64,000 bases of DNA, from positions 5,859-69,858 of the forward strand of contig DATLRB010000013.1 of assembly GCA_035534875.1 (NCBI GenBank), given 5' to 3'. Each line of letters opens with the position of its first letter. Positions within the stretch are counted from its first letter, which is position 1. The DNA comes from Candidatus Saccharimonadales bacterium (lineage in GTDB: Bacteria; Chloroflexota; Dormibacteria; Aeolococcales; Aeolococcaceae). The notes under the pieces were generated by a model that saw only the letters and a program-made list of their open reading frames with translations, was not told the origin of the DNA and did no database searches. The translations under genes and the position numbers were made by a program. Positions 63,420 to 64,000 of the stretch are shown here, piece by piece.

Positions 63420-64000
63420 ATGACCATGACCACAACCAACGTGGAGATCCTGCGTCAGGGCTGGCTCGACGCCGCATCCGCCCTGGCGCCTGGCCTCGAC
63501 ACACTTCCCGAATTCCTCGAGCACGGTCTCGAAGCTGCAGTCATCGACGAACGCCTCGATGAGCAGTCGCTGCTGAGGGTTGTCAATGAGGTGACGGGGG
63601 CCGCCGCGGACTCGCTTCCCGCCGAGGAGCTGTACTTCCTCACGAGGCGGCTCCAACGGGCTGTCTACGAGTATCTCCTCTCGCTCGACGCACTTCCCGA
63701 GCCGCCGCCTCGCCGAGACGGGTCGAACGGTCAAGCGCCGAACGACACAACCCTGATCGGCGCTGAGGAGGTTGCGGCTCTCGGGCGTAACGGCCACGCC
63801 AGGGCGCCGGCCGAGCCAACGCAGGTCGCCACGGCCGCCCCGGAGTCGGACGCCGAGCCCGCGCGGAGCCCGGTGCCTGAAGCACAGCTCGACCCGGCGG
63901 CGGTGGCCGCAGCCGCGGATCGAGTCGAAGCCGGGCTTGCTGAACTCGACGCCCAACTGTCACCCGACGAGCCGCAGGACGTCGACCCCATCGCGGTCTC
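63420..64000 (+). CDS. hypothetical protein (5' part; runs off the window)
   Basis: My own translation. The frame stays open from the ATG at 63420 to the window end with high GC3: MTMTTTNVEILRQGWLDAASALAPGLDTLPEFLEHG... It is not in the ORF track because it is incomplete. Confidence 0.4.
   Translation, partial: MTMTTTNVEILRQGWLDAASALAPGLDTLPEFLEHGLEAAVIDERLDEQSLLRVVNEVTGAAADSLPAEELYFLTRRLQRAVYEYLLSLDALPEPPPRRDGSNGQAPNDTTLIGAEEVAALGRNGHARAPAEPTQVATAAPESDAEPARSPVPEAQLDPAAVAAAADRVEAGLAELDAQLSPDEPQDVDPIAV

Noticed and set aside
63237-63956. 239-aa minus-strand ORF at the right end of the window
   Set aside because: The translation is R/G-rich and overlaps the ABC ATPase start. The plus-strand frame from 63420 has better codon bias and a protein-like sequence, so it is preferred, though with only moderate confidence.

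Overview
High-GC (about 68-70% by eye) bacterial chromosome segment. It probably comes from an Actinobacteria-like lineage: rpoC has a coiled-coil insertion at the actinobacterial beta-prime site, adk is the short-lid type, and at least one gene has a leaderless-style promoter. From 4.1 to 25.9 kb the minus strand carries one uninterrupted ribosomal super-cluster: rpsL-rpsG-fusA-tuf, the S10 operon, the spc operon, adk-map, rpmJ plus the alpha operon, then truA-rplM-rpsI. This cluster runs directly into two cell-envelope glycosyltransferase genes and a DegS-like kinase paralog. It diverges from rplJ-rplL-rpoB-rpoC (26.3-35.3 kb, plus strand) across a 364-nt control region. Several r-proteins (S3, L22, L29, L15, L30) carry long low-complexity C-terminal tails, L24 carries a four-Cys ribbon, and infA is missing from its usual slot. 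From 35.8 to 46.4 kb there are signalling genes (a receiver-HD-GYP regulator, a HisKA_3 kinase with a stand-alone receiver, and a membrane kinase with an OmpR-type regulator), a HAD hydrolase, two tandem paralogous polytopic membrane proteins and a TPR protein. The most unusual part is 46.4-56.6 kb. It holds a ParA / ParB-N-domain / coiled-coil cassette, a second ParA-like ATPase back to back with an 874-aa protein (structured N-terminus, about 465 aa of acidic disordered sequence, small C-terminal domain), and two convergent CpaF/TadA-type ATPases plus a DnaJ-type zinc-finger protein. No pilin, TadB/TadC, prepilin peptidase or conjugation genes are present. The window ends with a CAP-domain secreted protein, a MacB/FtsX-type ABC exporter with a lipoprotein, an ABC-2 exporter and a partial hypothetical ORF. 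I saw no rRNA, tRNA, CRISPR array, IS element or integrase. Most long ORFs antisense to these genes are high-GC artefacts.
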